From Octopus vulgaris (Eukaryota), in contig OX597833.1 of the NCBI GenBank assembly GCA_951406725.2, forward strand, positions 24,738,001 to 24,802,000: DNA of 64,000 nucleotides, in the 5' to 3' direction. The notes under the pieces were generated by a model. It made no database searches. It was given only the letters and a program-made list of their open reading frames with translations, and had not been told where the DNA came from. Each line of letters opens with the position of its first letter. The first letter of the stretch is position 1. This document shows positions 42,179 through 55,574 of the stretch, in pieces. Position numbers and translations under genes: made by a program.

Positions 42179-42267
42179 CATACATGCAGAGATATAAATA
42201 TACATAAATACATACACACACATATATACATATATATATAGAATTGTACATACATATATGTGTATGT

Positions 42268-42631
42268 GTCGTGGCACTCTGTCGGTTGTGACGACGAGGG
42301 TTTCAGGTGATCCGATCAACAGACCAGCTTGCTCGTGAAATTAACGTGCAAGTGGCTGAGCACTCCACAGACACGTGTACCCTTAACGTAATTCGCAGTG
42401 AGATTCCGCGTGACACAGAGTGTGACAAGGCTGGCCCTTTGAAAATCCAGGTACAACAGAAACAGAAAGAAAGAGTGAGAGAAAGACGTGGTGAAAGAAT
42501 ACAGCAGAGTTCTACCCCCTCCCACCCGGAGCCTCGTGGAGATTTAGGTGTTTTCGCTCAATAAACACTCACAACGCTCGGTCAATGACCGCGAGTCCAC
42601 TGCCCTAACCACTGGGCCATTGCGTCTCCAC
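42268..42631 (-). mobile_element. SINE family C (tRNA head), tail variant 1
   Basis: Minus-strand head tggagacgcaatggcccagtggttagggcagtggactcgcggtc, shared with 54808-55120. Confidence 0.8.
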
Positions 42632-42648
42632 TGTACACACACACACAC

Positions 42649-42688
<40 letters not shown>

Positions 42689-42827
42689 ACACACATATAT
42701 ATATATGTATAAATATATATACATGCATATATGTACAAATAATGATTGTAATCTGAGACATCATTAAATGTGTCTTCCAAGTGGTGCCATTAAGTTAGAC
42801 ATGGTCTGGACCAATTCTGGCCGAAAC

Positions 42828-42899
<72 letters not shown>

Positions 42900-43623
42900 A
42901 TATCTATCTATTTATCTATCTATCAATGTGTTTGTCTGTCAGTCTGTCTGTTTGTTTGTCTGTCTATGTGAAACACCTTGTAGGTTTGGACACGCTGTGG
43001 GCATACAGTAAACTTATGCGTACGTATATACAGTCTTCAGACAAACATACATATGTATAATATTTATGCAAATATAATTATTCATGTACATGTTTGTATG
43101 CTCACATACGCCCAATATATAGATATACATATGTAGTTATTTACGTATGCTAACGCAAACGCGCATATGCGTCTCTGCCTACATGCATATGGATACATAC
43201 ATGCATTCATAGTTACATAGATACATACATGCATGCATGCATGCATGCGTACATACATACATCCATAAATACATACATACATACATACATACATACATAC
43301 ATACATACATACATACATACATACATACATACATACATACATACAGTACATTATGGTAGTTCGTGACAAAATTGAAATAGACAAAACAATATTTTTGCAG
43401 TAATAGAGTTTTCGAGTTTATTATGCTTTCGTGACAAATTTTGAAATTTGAAACCAATAGAGTTTCGAGTTTGATGCAGAACGAAGCTTCTGAGTTCGTA
43501 AGTTACAAATCTCATATATTAAGATGCACTTAGATATAATTTAACATTCATATTTCGGTACAGGCCACCTAACTTTATCTATTACATTTTTATAGCAGTG
43601 TTTTTCAGTTTGTCATTATAACG

Positions 43624-43686
<63 letters not shown>

Positions 43687-45233
43687 GCGACCAACTAAAT
43701 TAAATCTATATTTATCATAAAACACTCTCATTTTATATTTTATTCTCGCTCGCTCATTATCTTCGCGTAATTTCTTACAAATAACTTGAGTTGAGACACT
43801 GCCATTTTTACGGATGCTACAGTTGCACATATGTGTGTGTGTGTGTGTGTATGTGCTTGTCTATGTCTGAGTGTGTATTGTATTATATTTCATATAATAT
43901 AATATAATATAATATAATCTATATTTAATAAAACATAGTGTGGATGTGTGTGTGTCTGTGTGTAGTGCGTATGTTCCTTATGGATTCGACGTATGAGGTA
44001 TCAAAAGATTCAGTAATCGTTCGGCTACGAAATGTAGTAAGAATTTGTATAACAACGCTTGTTTACTACAAAAATCATCTCGGAAACGAGAGAGGGTCGC
44101 ACAATTTTCAGGTTATTTCGGGCAATATTTGAATGAATTGACATATTGAACCATCTGATCATCACAATAAACACACCATCAAACTATAAATAAATAAAAA
44201 TACTTTAAAATAAAACCCAGCAACAATATAAAAGGAGTATTATGTGTGGAGTTGTGATGCACAAAACATTGTATGTCAACGGAAAAGGACCAAAAATGCC
44301 TGCTTCCCGAACAATTATTGGCACATATTCCGACAATAATGGACTTTGTGCCACAACTAAACTGCCAAAGTGGATGTCTTCAGTATTCAATGGTTAAACA
44401 ATGTCTCGGAAGTATTGTGATGCTATTTCTTTGTACAAAGCCCAATTTTCAACAGAAAATTCATTAATGAACCGAAAACAATTTGTCAATTTAGATTTTC
44501 TTGGCAGCAAAAAAACTCAGCAATGCCAAAGGAGAGTTCTCAGGTTTACGTTCAATAAAATTTCTTCAAATTTTAGACACTGTATGAGCCTATATTCGTT
44601 CGCGTGTGGTAAAGACGTGAAGCAATAAGTAAAACCTTTCGAGCTGTTTTGCCTTTAAAATTTTACCTTTTATTCAGCCAATTTTATGTAAAATTGCTTA
44701 TGGTTATTAGTATATATCCATGCATATTATTCATTCTAAAAGCCACCAAATTCATATGGATTTTTCTATAATCTACCCATTTTTCACAGTGGTTGAACGT
44801 GTACTATAGAGTAGGTGGTGCGATGGAAAACAAATGTCTGGCTTGATTACCTCAATGGAGATATCAACACCGCGCATCCATGCGAGGGCAAATTAAGGTC
44901 ACATACAAACGTGTCTGCCCACGGTGCGGCTCCTTTCATCGGTCGGAATGTACACAGTGTTCTTTGATTGATACAATTTTAAATCAATTTTTCCTTATCA
45001 GAGACATGTATTGCACTACTACTTAGTATTGGTGTTATTATCATCAACGACCCGAGCAACGCCGGAGTGCATTGCGTATGGTGCGTACGCTCCGCTTGAA
45101 CCCGAGAATTATGTATATATATATTTATAATACAACGCCAGGGTGCGTTGCTACTATAATATAACATAATATAGTATAATATATATATGTATATATATGT
45201 ATATATGTATATATATATATATAAACATATGTG

Positions 45234-45276
<43 letters not shown>

Positions 45277-45382
45277 AAATATATATATATATATACAAAA
45301 CAAAACAGGAAAAGATTATATCTCACCTTATAAAGCTAACAATTGTTTCTATTGCACTAAGATATACATGCATGCACACATT

Positions 45383-45452
<70 letters not shown>

Positions 45453-45534
45453 TGATTATACGGATAATACCATACCAAATTTTGGTGCCTTTAACTTAAG
45501 TACCATATTCGTCTGAATCTAAATTTTTGCTGAA

Positions 45535-45612
<78 letters not shown>

Positions 45613-45755
45613 TGAGTATATATATATATACATACATGTACATATATATATATCGCTTGAAAAATAGCGAGATGAATAAATATTTCTACTAGGAAATTGT
45701 GGGTAGCTGTATTTCACGAAACATGTGGCTTTTAGTATCTTTCTGTCTATCTTCG

Positions 45756-45802
<47 letters not shown>

Positions 45803-45990
45803 CACTTTTATATGCATATATATACACATGTATATACATATATATATTCATATATATACATATGGATATATATATATATACCTTTATGCATATACATGTT
45901 TATGTATGTATATATATATATATATATACACTTTTATATGCATATAAATATATACACATGTATATACATATATATGCATATATATACATA

Positions 45991-46027
<37 letters not shown>

Positions 46028-46042
46028 ACCCATATATACGTT

Positions 46043-46080
<38 letters not shown>

Positions 46081-46502
46081 CATATACATGTATATATGCA
46101 TATGCATGTGTATGTTTGTGTATGAAAGTTTGAGAGAGCTATTTTATAAATTTTTATCAATTTGGTGTTATTCATCATAACGAAATAAATCCGAATTAAT
46201 TGACATATTGAACCATTCGACCACCACAATAAACACACCGTCAATCTATAAATAAATAAAAAAAATACTTTAAAATAAAACTCAGCAAATCATTTAATAT
46301 TTTTGTATTGAAATTTCCTCTTACATATTAGTAATTCAAAACCAAACGTAAAGTAATAGACAGTTTAAGAAAAATCAACATAAATGCAAAATCTGGAAAT
46401 ATAATATTTGTTAAGTCAAATATTCCACATTTATCTAATAGAGTATGCATACATACGTACACGCATACGTGCGCGTGCACACACATATGTATATGTATGT
46501 AC

Positions 46503-46559
<57 letters not shown>

Positions 46560-46668
46560 TATAGTTATCAGTAATAATATAGGGTGAAATTAATTAATTT
46601 GGAATAATCATTAATTTCACCAAGTAGATTTCGGCATGTAAAAGCCTCATTCGAGGAAAGTTTAAGTA

Positions 46669-46955
46669 ATACTAAGTAATTAAGGGTTTAGCAACGATTT
46701 GCCTCACCACACACCGAGTTTAGAAATAGCAGTCAAAGAGTTATAGCTATTCTTTCTACTAAAAGGGAGATCTCAGTAAAACCACAGCACTTGAAAGGCA
46801 AACACAGACACAGACTGAGTCTGTGTTTGCCTTTCAAGTGCTGTGGTTTTACTGAATCTCCCTTTAGTAGAAGAATAGCTATAACTCTTTGACTGCTATT
46901 TCTAAACTCGGTGTGTGTGAGGCAAATCGTTGCTAAACCCTTAATTACTTAGTAT
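46669..46955. repeat. Near-perfect palindrome with ~140-bp arms
   Basis: atactaagtaattaagggtttagcaacg...aaggcaaacacagac mirrors gtctgtgtttgcctt...cgttgctaaacccttaattacttagtat. Confidence 0.93.
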
Positions 46956-47168
46956 ATATATCCATTGATGCAGCACGGACTTTGTCAGTGAACAGGTCGC
47001 GGATTTTAGCGACGAAAATATTTTGACAAATTAAACTTAAATGTTGGAGTGAATCGAACGGCTTTTGTGTGTTTCTTAAATGGCTTATAAACACCTCCCA
47101 CGCTGCAATTGTTTTCGTTTCAGCACACGATCTCAGATCAAATTACTTGCTATGCGAGTACATCTCCG

Positions 47169-47235
<67 letters not shown>

Positions 47236-47236
<1 letters not shown>

Positions 47237-47392
47237 TTTATTTAAAGCAGCAGAAAATTCAACAAAACCTGTTACGCTGAGTTTCCCGTTGGCGTTCATC
47301 GGACAGTTTTTGCTAGAAAAACTGTCCGATGAACGGCAACGGGAAACTCAGAGTAACAGGTTTTGTTGAATTTTCTGCTGCTTTAAATAAAG
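47236..47392. repeat. Palindrome with ~76-bp arms, each containing a variant hammerhead
   Basis: ctttatttaaagcagcag...ggacagttttt | gctag | aaaaactgtcc...ctgctgctttaaataaag. The plus-strand HHR is at 47322-47359. Confidence 0.9.
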
Positions 47393-47461
47393 CATATTAC
47401 TCTACCACTGGTATTTAAGTACTCTTTTTTCCACCTTGTTTCACATCTATGTGTTTACTCC

Positions 47462-47508
<47 letters not shown>

Positions 47509-47542
47509 GTATATATATATTACTGATTACAAGATCAGTGAT

Positions 47543-47573
<31 letters not shown>

Positions 47574-48178
47574 TTTATATTAGCTAATATGTATATGTAT
47601 ACATGCACACGTAAATATATACATATATATGTAAATATATATATGTCGACCTAGACGTACATATTTATAAAAGAAAGTGGTTATTATTCAACTCAAATAA
47701 TTGGTTGCGTAACCAATTTTCTGAAAAGGAAATTTGAGTCACATATGACCTGAAGAGTGTGATTGTGTGCAAATATATCCGTGTATGTGTGTGCGTTTGT
47801 ATAGACGTATGTATGTATGCATATATGTTCATATATACATGCATATATAAATACAAATATATATAAATTTAAAAATATATATACATATATATACATACAA
47901 GTATGTATGTAAGCATATATATATTTAGATGTGTGTATACATTAGTTGTTAATATATAAAAATGCTTATGTACATAAATATGTGACTGTATATATATACA
48001 TTATACACATGGTCATATTCACGTACGTACACACACACACACACACACTAGCAATAAACGTTTTTGAGAACCAGGAATATTTTATATATATATATATATA
48101 TATATAATAAACTTCAGTATCTGAACTATCTGACAGCAAGCCAACTTTCATGTGCGTGGTAGTATATATAATTTAGGT

Positions 48179-48252
48179 GGCCGGTTAGCTTAGTTGGTTG
48201 CAGTGTCGTGCTAATAACGCGAATGTCATGGGTTCGTGTCCCATACTTGTCA
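48179..48252 (+). pseudogene. tRNA-Ile(AAT) pseudogene or degenerate tRNA gene
   Basis: ggccggttagcttagttggttgcagtgtcgtgctAATaacgcgaatgtcatgggttcgtgtcccatacttgtca aligns to metazoan tRNA-Ile(AAT), with mismatches in the acceptor stem, D-arm and T-loop. Confidence 0.8.
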
Positions 48253-48264
48253 GAAAGTTAGAGA

Positions 48265-48480
48265 ACGCTGCGACTTGGCAACATCGTTAACACATGGGCC
48301 AAAATGCTTAGCGGCATTTCATCCGTCTTCACGTTTTGTGTTGAAATTCCGCCAAGGTCGACTTTGCCTTTTATCATTTCGGGGTCGACAAAATACGTAC
48401 CAGCTGAGCACTGGGGGTTGATTTAGTTGACTTACCCCGTCCACCGAAATTACTGACGTTGTGCCAAAGTTTGAAATCAA
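48265..48480 (+). mobile_element. SINE family B
   Basis: aaatgcttagcggcatttc..ggtcgactttgccttttatcatttcggggtcgac. Confidence 0.75.
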
Positions 48481-49400
48481 TATAGATATAGATAATTTAG
48501 AAGCTGTCTACACAGCTTCTTCAATAACCTGTGTCGCACAGTTCATCGCACAAAATGTTTAGCTTCATTGCACATGAAATCGTGAGAAAATGCGATATTT
48601 GTTATTAAATATTAATATTATGGCGTCGGTTGTAACTCAGATTTCCATAAAATTTGTGTCCAAAGTATTGTTACGGTTGTCAAATGTTGATGTCTCGTCC
48701 TTATTTGTATATTTAGCGTTTCGAAAAGTCTTTAAAAGTGTCTAAGTATTGAATGCTGATGTGTTGTTGAGAGTGAGTGGAATGTTAGGCTGTTTATCTA
48801 ACGTTTTATTAATAGTCTTAAAGGTGACGCTGTTATCAGTGTTGATAAGTGTGTCGTAGTACTGGAGTATGTGTGCGTAGTGGAATGTCAAAAATGTGAG
48901 GTAGACAGAAAAAAGAGTACGTGGAGGAGGTGCACAACTGGATTCGTGGTATAATACTGCTAATTCTAAGTTGATGGGATTTTCCAAATAATCTGCGGGA
49001 ATACACTTTTCTTGGATTATGAAATCGGACTGTTAAAATAAAAGCAATCTAACTAAAGTATCTTCATTTATGAAATTAAATATTGGAGTTCTTGTAAACT
49101 CAAGGGACTCCAACTTTTGAATGTGTAATGCATCAATGAACCCAGTGTAGATGAGCTCAGAGACGTGTATAATAAATGGCAGGTGATTTATGTATATAAA
49201 TATGTGTATAGTTCTCTGTGCCTGATCATCATTACTGAGGGAGAGTTCTGCTCTGCCCAGTTAATGAAAAGGGAGTAAAAAAATTGTCCTTAGCATTGCC
49301 TGTCTAACAAACTCGCTGTCGGCAAGAGAAATAATTTCAAAAACGTAAAGAGCAGTGACACAACTTGCTTAATCACCCTGTCTATCTTTGTCTGTCTGTC

Positions 49401-49534
49401 TCTCTGATGAAGTTCCTTGTTTCATGACCAAATATTACCAAATATGTTCTTACCAAATATAGTTAATATTTTCACATATTTTTGCACATCACTGGCAATA
49501 CCATACAGCATTGGAAGCAGAAACAGCTGTTAGA
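49401..49534 (+). ncRNA. Hammerhead-like motif with ~100-nt stem II insertion
   Basis: tct-CTGATGA-agttcc...ggaagca-GAAA-cagctg-TT-aga, with palindromic stem III ACAGCTGT. Confidence 0.5.
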
Positions 49535-49829
49535 TGGGACGCAGTCTATTTGCATTGAACTAATTAATAATAATAGATGTAAGTCAATTGTTGTTCATCA
49601 GAACTTCTCCATTTACTGCTTTCTTTAAATTTTGATTCTTGATAAACCCATGTTTATCCTTGTCTTTACTTATAACTTATGAGCATTATATGTTTGCATA
49701 TGTATACTCATGGTTAAGCATAGGTAATATACCTGCATTGTAATGGATACTTCTATCCCTTACACGGTTATTTTAACCATTAACTCAACTAACTTTAATA
49801 CACGCACACACACAAACACATGCATATAC

Positions 49830-50145
49830 ATACGGCGGGCTTCTTTCAGTTTCCATCTACCAAATCTACTCACAAGGCTTTGGTCGGCTCGAGGCTGTAG
49901 TAGAAGACACTAAGGTGCCACACTGAACCCGAAATCATGTGGTTGGGAAGCAAGCTTGTTACCACACAGTCACTTCTGCGCCTATAAATAAATATATATA
50001 TATATATGTATGACAGTGTGGTATATACATGACAGGGTGGTAAGAAGCTTGCTTCCTACCCACATGGTTCCGGGTTCAGTCCCACTGCGTGACACTTTGG
50101 CTTCATCATGTGTCTCTTACTATAGCCTCGGACCGACCAAAACCT
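49830..50145. mobile_element. Two head-to-head SINE family A 5' halves
   Basis: Minus copy 49830-49985 and plus copy 50035-50145. Confidence 0.75.
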
Positions 50146-50600
50146 GGGACAGAAGTAAAGCTGCTACGTTAGCTAGTTACGTATGTTCTTTGGACGATAA
50201 CGAAACACTGCATGTGATTAAATGGAAAGTAATTGAGAAATCCCTAACTTATTTGAATGGATTGACTAAATATAGACTTTATTTGGCTGAAAAAGCGCAA
50301 ATCCTGTTCAGATCTAAGATACTTAACTTTGTATAGAACTCCAGTTCAGAAATTTCCAGTGCTTGCATGCATATGTATAAATACATTTTGAGGAATTGGA
50401 AAATTCCGCCTATTCCTGACTGACTTGATATATTTCCAGCCTTCTCATTTAAAGCCTTAGGAGGATACTACTTTTTACCTTTTGACACTTTAGTTTCGTT
50501 TTTCGTTTGCTGAATGTTGCCATCTCAGCTTCAGCGCGTTTCTTATGTTTATTCAGTTTCTTAGTTCCTTATGATTTTATGATATGAAACTATTAGTATC
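50146..50600 (+). mobile_element. Penelope-like (Naiad/Neptune-type) GIY-YIG C-terminal relic plus 3' region
   Basis: TLASYVCSLDDNETLHVIKWKVIEKSLTY..KYRLYLAEKAQIL..*NSSSEISSACMHMYKY matches the TxLSxYxWxL..IxWxI..CxLCLxEK..LNxRxE..CxH pattern. A decayed HHR lies at ~50568-50598. Confidence 0.7.
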
Positions 50601-50690
50601 GCTTTAATACATATATTGTGATCTTTAGATAATAATATTTATCCCTCACCAGATGGAGCACTTTGATTTGAATTTTCTATGATGGATCAG

Positions 50691-50784
<94 letters not shown>

Positions 50785-50946
50785 ATGTTTGTGTTTACGT
50801 CCGCATAACTTAGAGGCTCGCCAAAAGAGACCAACAGAATAAGTAGTAGGTTTACAAACAAAAAATTCTGGGGTCGATCTGTTCGACTAGAGGCGGTCCT
50901 CCACCATGACCGCAGTCAAATGCCTGAAACAAATAAACGAATAAAA

Positions 50947-51003
<57 letters not shown>

Positions 51004-51085
51004 CCCTAAAAAGATGAACAAAAAAAACGCGAGGACGTGGTATATGTAAAGTATTAGCAGACGCTCAGTCAAGGAAAGAAGGATG

Positions 51086-51120
51086 GTTTAACGTTTCGAG
51101 CAACGATCTTCTTCAGAAAC
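51086..51120 (-). ncRNA. Minimal type-I hammerhead motif in a PLE-type repeat
   Basis: The minus strand reads gttt-CTGAAGA-agatcgttgctc-GAAA-cg-TT-aaac. A related decayed copy is at 33221-33254(-). Confidence 0.6.
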
Positions 51121-51739
51121 AGAGGAAGTCCAATAGAAAGGAAGACGGAGGAAGAAAATCACCAACGATTCACGTGTGGTTACCTTTATTTATAGACATG
51201 TCTTACCCTCTCTCTTCTCTCTCACTCTCTTACTCTCTCTCTTCTCTCTCACTCTCTTACTCTCTCTCTCTCTCTCTCTCATAGATTGATAACCAGAGAG
51301 AGAGAGAGAGAGAGACACACACACACACACACATACACGTACACTAAAGGATTAAGTACATACACATAGCGATATATATATATATGTGACATCTATTTGT
51401 ACATATCTGTACACACATATGTGTGCATATGTACATATATGTGATTGGTAGTGTCTACCTGTGTGTGTATATACACACATAGATTATGTGGGCGATATCT
51501 TCAACCGAGACGTTACAATCTTATGTGTTTCTTCAAGTGTTTCGATTCCGTCTATGTACATAGATTTACTAGATTACTGACATTTATTAATGGTTTTTTG
51601 GCATTGTGTTGATATTCCATTTTCAATCATGAATGATATTGCCGGCATTTTTGACGACGCGGGTATTCTAGTACAAACACACACGTGAAATAAAATGATA
51701 TAATATAATATAATATAATATAATATATATATATGTATG

Positions 51740-51804
<65 letters not shown>

Positions 51805-51823
51805 GTATATACATACATATATA

Positions 51824-51871
<48 letters not shown>

Positions 51872-51916
51872 CACACACACATATATATACATATATATAT
51901 ATATATATACATATAT

Positions 51917-52770
51917 GTAGTATAGAGGATCTTCGTCGATGCCTCCACCAAATTTGGAAGTGGTCTAACGATTGGGACCTGTGTCTGAACGTGTCAAAGT
52001 GCTGTCATCTGCCTGTCGGCTCTACTCCTGCAACTCAACTTGATTTCGAGCCGGGTCGTCTGCTGCTGGAGAGGACTGATCAGGTAAAGGACCTGGGTAT
52101 CTTGGTGGATTCCTCCTTTTCGCCTTCGGCCCAGTGCGTCCATGCTGCCAACAAAGCGCGCGGAATTCTGTTTTTGATTCGACGGTCATTCGGAATGCTC
52201 ACAGCAGCCATATTCCTACCACTCTATGTCACGCTGGTGAGACCCATATTGGAGTATGGGATTCAGGCCTCTTCTCCTTATCTCCTCAAAGACATACAGC
52301 ATCTCGAAAGAGTCCAGAGGCTGTCTACCCGCATGGTTCATGGTCTCAAAAATTTGTCCTACGAAGAAAGGCTGAGGACGCTCGACCTTTATTCTCTTGA
52401 AAAACGCCGCCGCCGTGGTGATCTCATTCTCGCCCACAACATCATAAGCGGGAAGTGTAACCTCTCGAAAGAGCTGTTCTTCACTCCTGCTCCGGAGCGT
52501 CGGCTGCGGGGTCATTCCGAAAAGCTCTACCTGCGACGATTTCATCTCAATCGAAGGAGAGGAGCTTTCTCCGTCCGGGTTGCGGATCCGTGGAACAAGC
52601 TGCCAGACGAGATGGTGAAGATGCCGACGACCGCTTTGTTCAAAGCCTCCCTGGACCTCAAGTGGCCTGAACTCTTTACATGAACACCACCCTGTACTTA
52701 ACTCCATGTCCCTCAACATGGCCTTGCTATTTGCTTTTGAGCCAAATTAACTAACTAACTAACTAACTAA
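51917..52770 (+). mobile_element. 5'-truncated young CR1-clade LINE (ORF2 RT C-terminus, stop at 52683, (AACT)n tail)
   Basis: Uninterrupted ~255 codons: [89 protein letters not shown]. It ends in a tandem-repeat tail. Confidence 0.93.
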
Positions 52771-54449
52771 CATATATATATATATACATATATATATATA
52801 CATATGTATGTATGTATGTATGTATGCATTCGAAGTCAACTTTCACTTCAGGCAGACGATAAAATGGGAATTTAAGTCATTTAATAAAACTCGAGGTTGA
52901 TACCAAAACGTTGAAATCTACCCTCAAATGGGAATTAACCCAGTTGTTTAAAGTTATTATAGCTAAAGCTATTTCTTAATCTCTTTGCCCCATTATAATT
53001 AGATTTTAAGCTACATAAATCTATCCGTCTCTTTTCATTAAAAGAAGTAATAATTTAATAGAAGAAACATTATTATAGAGTTATACAAAGGCAAAAGAGA
53101 TTATTCCGTCTTATGTTTTACTGTCATTATTGAATACATTTAGTGTTCATTTTTGATCCCCTACAAAAAGAGACATTCCTAGTATATTTCTTTCAGTATA
53201 GACACAGTGTGAAAAATGCTAAAATGCTGAAAGCTTGTTTATCCTGTCATAAAAATATAGTATGTGCCTTTCATTTATGTTTCTTTTTTGCATCTTTCAG
53301 TCATTGGACTGCGGCCATGCTAGATCACCGCGATGAAAGATTTATTTCAACGAATTCACTTTAGTACTTCCTTTTAAAATCAGGTACGTATTATATCGGT
53401 CTTTTCACCAAACCGCTAATTTACAGGGACAGTCTGAAACACTCACACCTACTCTCACACAAATACATATACTGTTTAATTCATAAGAATTTTAAAACTT
53501 CAGGAGAACAAGGAATAATTGTTTTTTAATCACAGACCACGATGAAAATAAATTTAGAATTTAAAGCCACGATTGCTGTTATAAACGAAAATACTCATAT
53601 ATATACAAATACGACGGCTTCCATACATTTTCGGCCATCCAGTTTCATGCAGAAGGCATTAGAAAGCACTTTCCCAAGGTGCAGCGAAGTAGGGTTGAAC
53701 CTGAAACCACGTGCTTGTAACGCGAGCTTCTTAACCACACAGCCATGCCTAAGCCTGAAGAAGAATTACGAGAGCGCGTTTCAAATTTAATACACGGTTT
53801 AGAATTTCCAAATAAAGTGGAAGAATTACAATAAATCTTCTAATCATTAATAAACGTAGCACTTCTATTAATTTATTTTAATAATCTGTTGCGTGCAACA
53901 TTTTGGGAATTTTAGGGTGTGAGTTTAACGAATGTAAAATTTTATGCCATAGAATTAATACAAAAATAACTACAAAATAAACGAATACAGAAACAATATG
54001 ATTTATATATGTAAGCTTGGATAGATTCTATGCCAAAAATGTAAATCTTTCTTAGACTTACGGATAAAATAATACTTATTGTGCATTACATGTGTAATTT
54101 ATAAAACAGATACACTTTCATACATACGTATTAAACACACATAACTAAGCGCGGGCGTACGCACACACACACAAAATTTTATGAGGTAAACTTTAAAAAG
54201 AAAGCGAATACAGTAAATATATATTGAATATAGAGATGCATGGATAGTTCCTATGTTGAAAAGGGAAACCTTTCATTGTGTTACTTGTAAAATAATTTTC
54301 AATCATCGCAAATTATACGTATACTTTAAACCCAGTTTCTATGCCTATATATATAGGTTTCTTGTGTGTGTATGTGTGTGTATTCATATGTGTGTGTGTA
54401 TTCATATGTGTATATGTATGTAAATATATTTATATATAACTTTTATATT

Positions 54450-54680
54450 TTACTTGCCTCGTCATTTGACTGTGGCCATGCTGGGGCACCGCGCTGAAGG
54501 GGTTTTAGTCCAACAAATCGACCTCAGGGCTTTTAAGCCTAGAACTTATTCTATCAGTGTATTTTGCTGAACCGTTAAATTAACGGTGCAAAACACACCA
54601 ACACCGGTTGTAAAGCGGTGGTGGGGACAAAGAGACACTAAACACACACACACACACATATACACAAACACACACACACA
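54450..54680 (-). mobile_element. SINE family A, 3' half
   Basis: tttacttg..gtcatttgactgtggccatgctggggcaccgc..cacaccaacaccggttgt. Confidence 0.75.
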
Positions 54681-54807
54681 TGAATATATATATATATATA
54701 GGGAGAATTCACGAAAAAAACAAACGACGAAGACAGGTGGTGTAGAAAAGCAAACAGATGTATTATCATTCCGGTGTCCGACACGGAGTAACTCATTCAT
54801 ACATTCT

Positions 54808-55120
54808 GTCTTCTGTCACCCTTTTCAAGCCTAGCCAGGCTCATAGGCCCGGTTTCCCGGTTTCTCTGGTGTATGTGTTTCCCCCAGCTGGACGGGACGC
54901 CAGTCCATCGCAGCGTTAGTCAAGAAAGAGAAAGAGAGAGCGAGTGAAAGTTGTGGTGAAAGAGTACAACAGGGGTCGCCACCATCCCCTGCCGGAGCAT
55001 CGTGGAGCTTTTAGGTGTTTTCGCTCAATAAGCACACACAACACCCGGTCTGGGAATCGAAACCGCGGTTCTCCGACCGCGAGTCCGCTGCCTTAACCAT
55101 TGGGCCATTGCGCCTCCACT
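54808..55120 (-). mobile_element. SINE family C (tRNA head), tail variant 2 with a V-SINE-like domain
   Basis: Minus strand: gtggaggcgcaatggcccaatggttaaggcagcggactcgcggtc..ggtttcgattccc head, then ctgcgatggactggcgtcccgtccag. Confidence 0.8.
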
Positions 55121-55529
55121 ATTCATACATTAAAAAAAGAAAAAATGTAAGACGTGATTTAAAGATATAAATAAAATTTAGCTACAAATATGTGCCTGTA
55201 TGTGTGAAAGCTATGCAATTTAAAAATATAAATAAAATAAGATTTAAATATAAAATATATATAAAAAATTTAGAAGTTTACATGTATATACATATAAGAA
55301 TATATACATAATTACACATATTTGCTGGATGGCTGTTGACTGCTCACGAGTTCCTCCGCCCATTGTCGGGTGTTATTTTTCATGCCACAGAGTGCTCCAC
55401 AATCACCCTTCTCACCAAGCTTGCCTGGTAGTGTTGCCAGTTTTGTCACCGACAACAGAACCATGCAACAGATACTACTGGATTACATGTTACCAGTGGC
55501 ACTCAAATGCGACATGACTATATCTAAAA

Positions 55530-55568
<39 letters not shown>

Positions 55569-55574
55569 GTACGC

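Noticed and set aside
44205-44390. Resemblance of VVAQSPLLSEYVPII to the nAChR or chemotactile receptor M2-M3 loop
   Set aside because: The flanking residues do not resemble the M2 and M3 helices.
50146-50424. Selenoprotein-type Naiad PLE (UGA recoding)
   Set aside because: The expected Cys positions read TAT or TGC rather than TGA, and I see no convincing SECIS.
51733-52683. 316-aa ORF as a host gene
   Set aside because: The first ~60 aa are microsatellite and the rest is CR1 ORF2.
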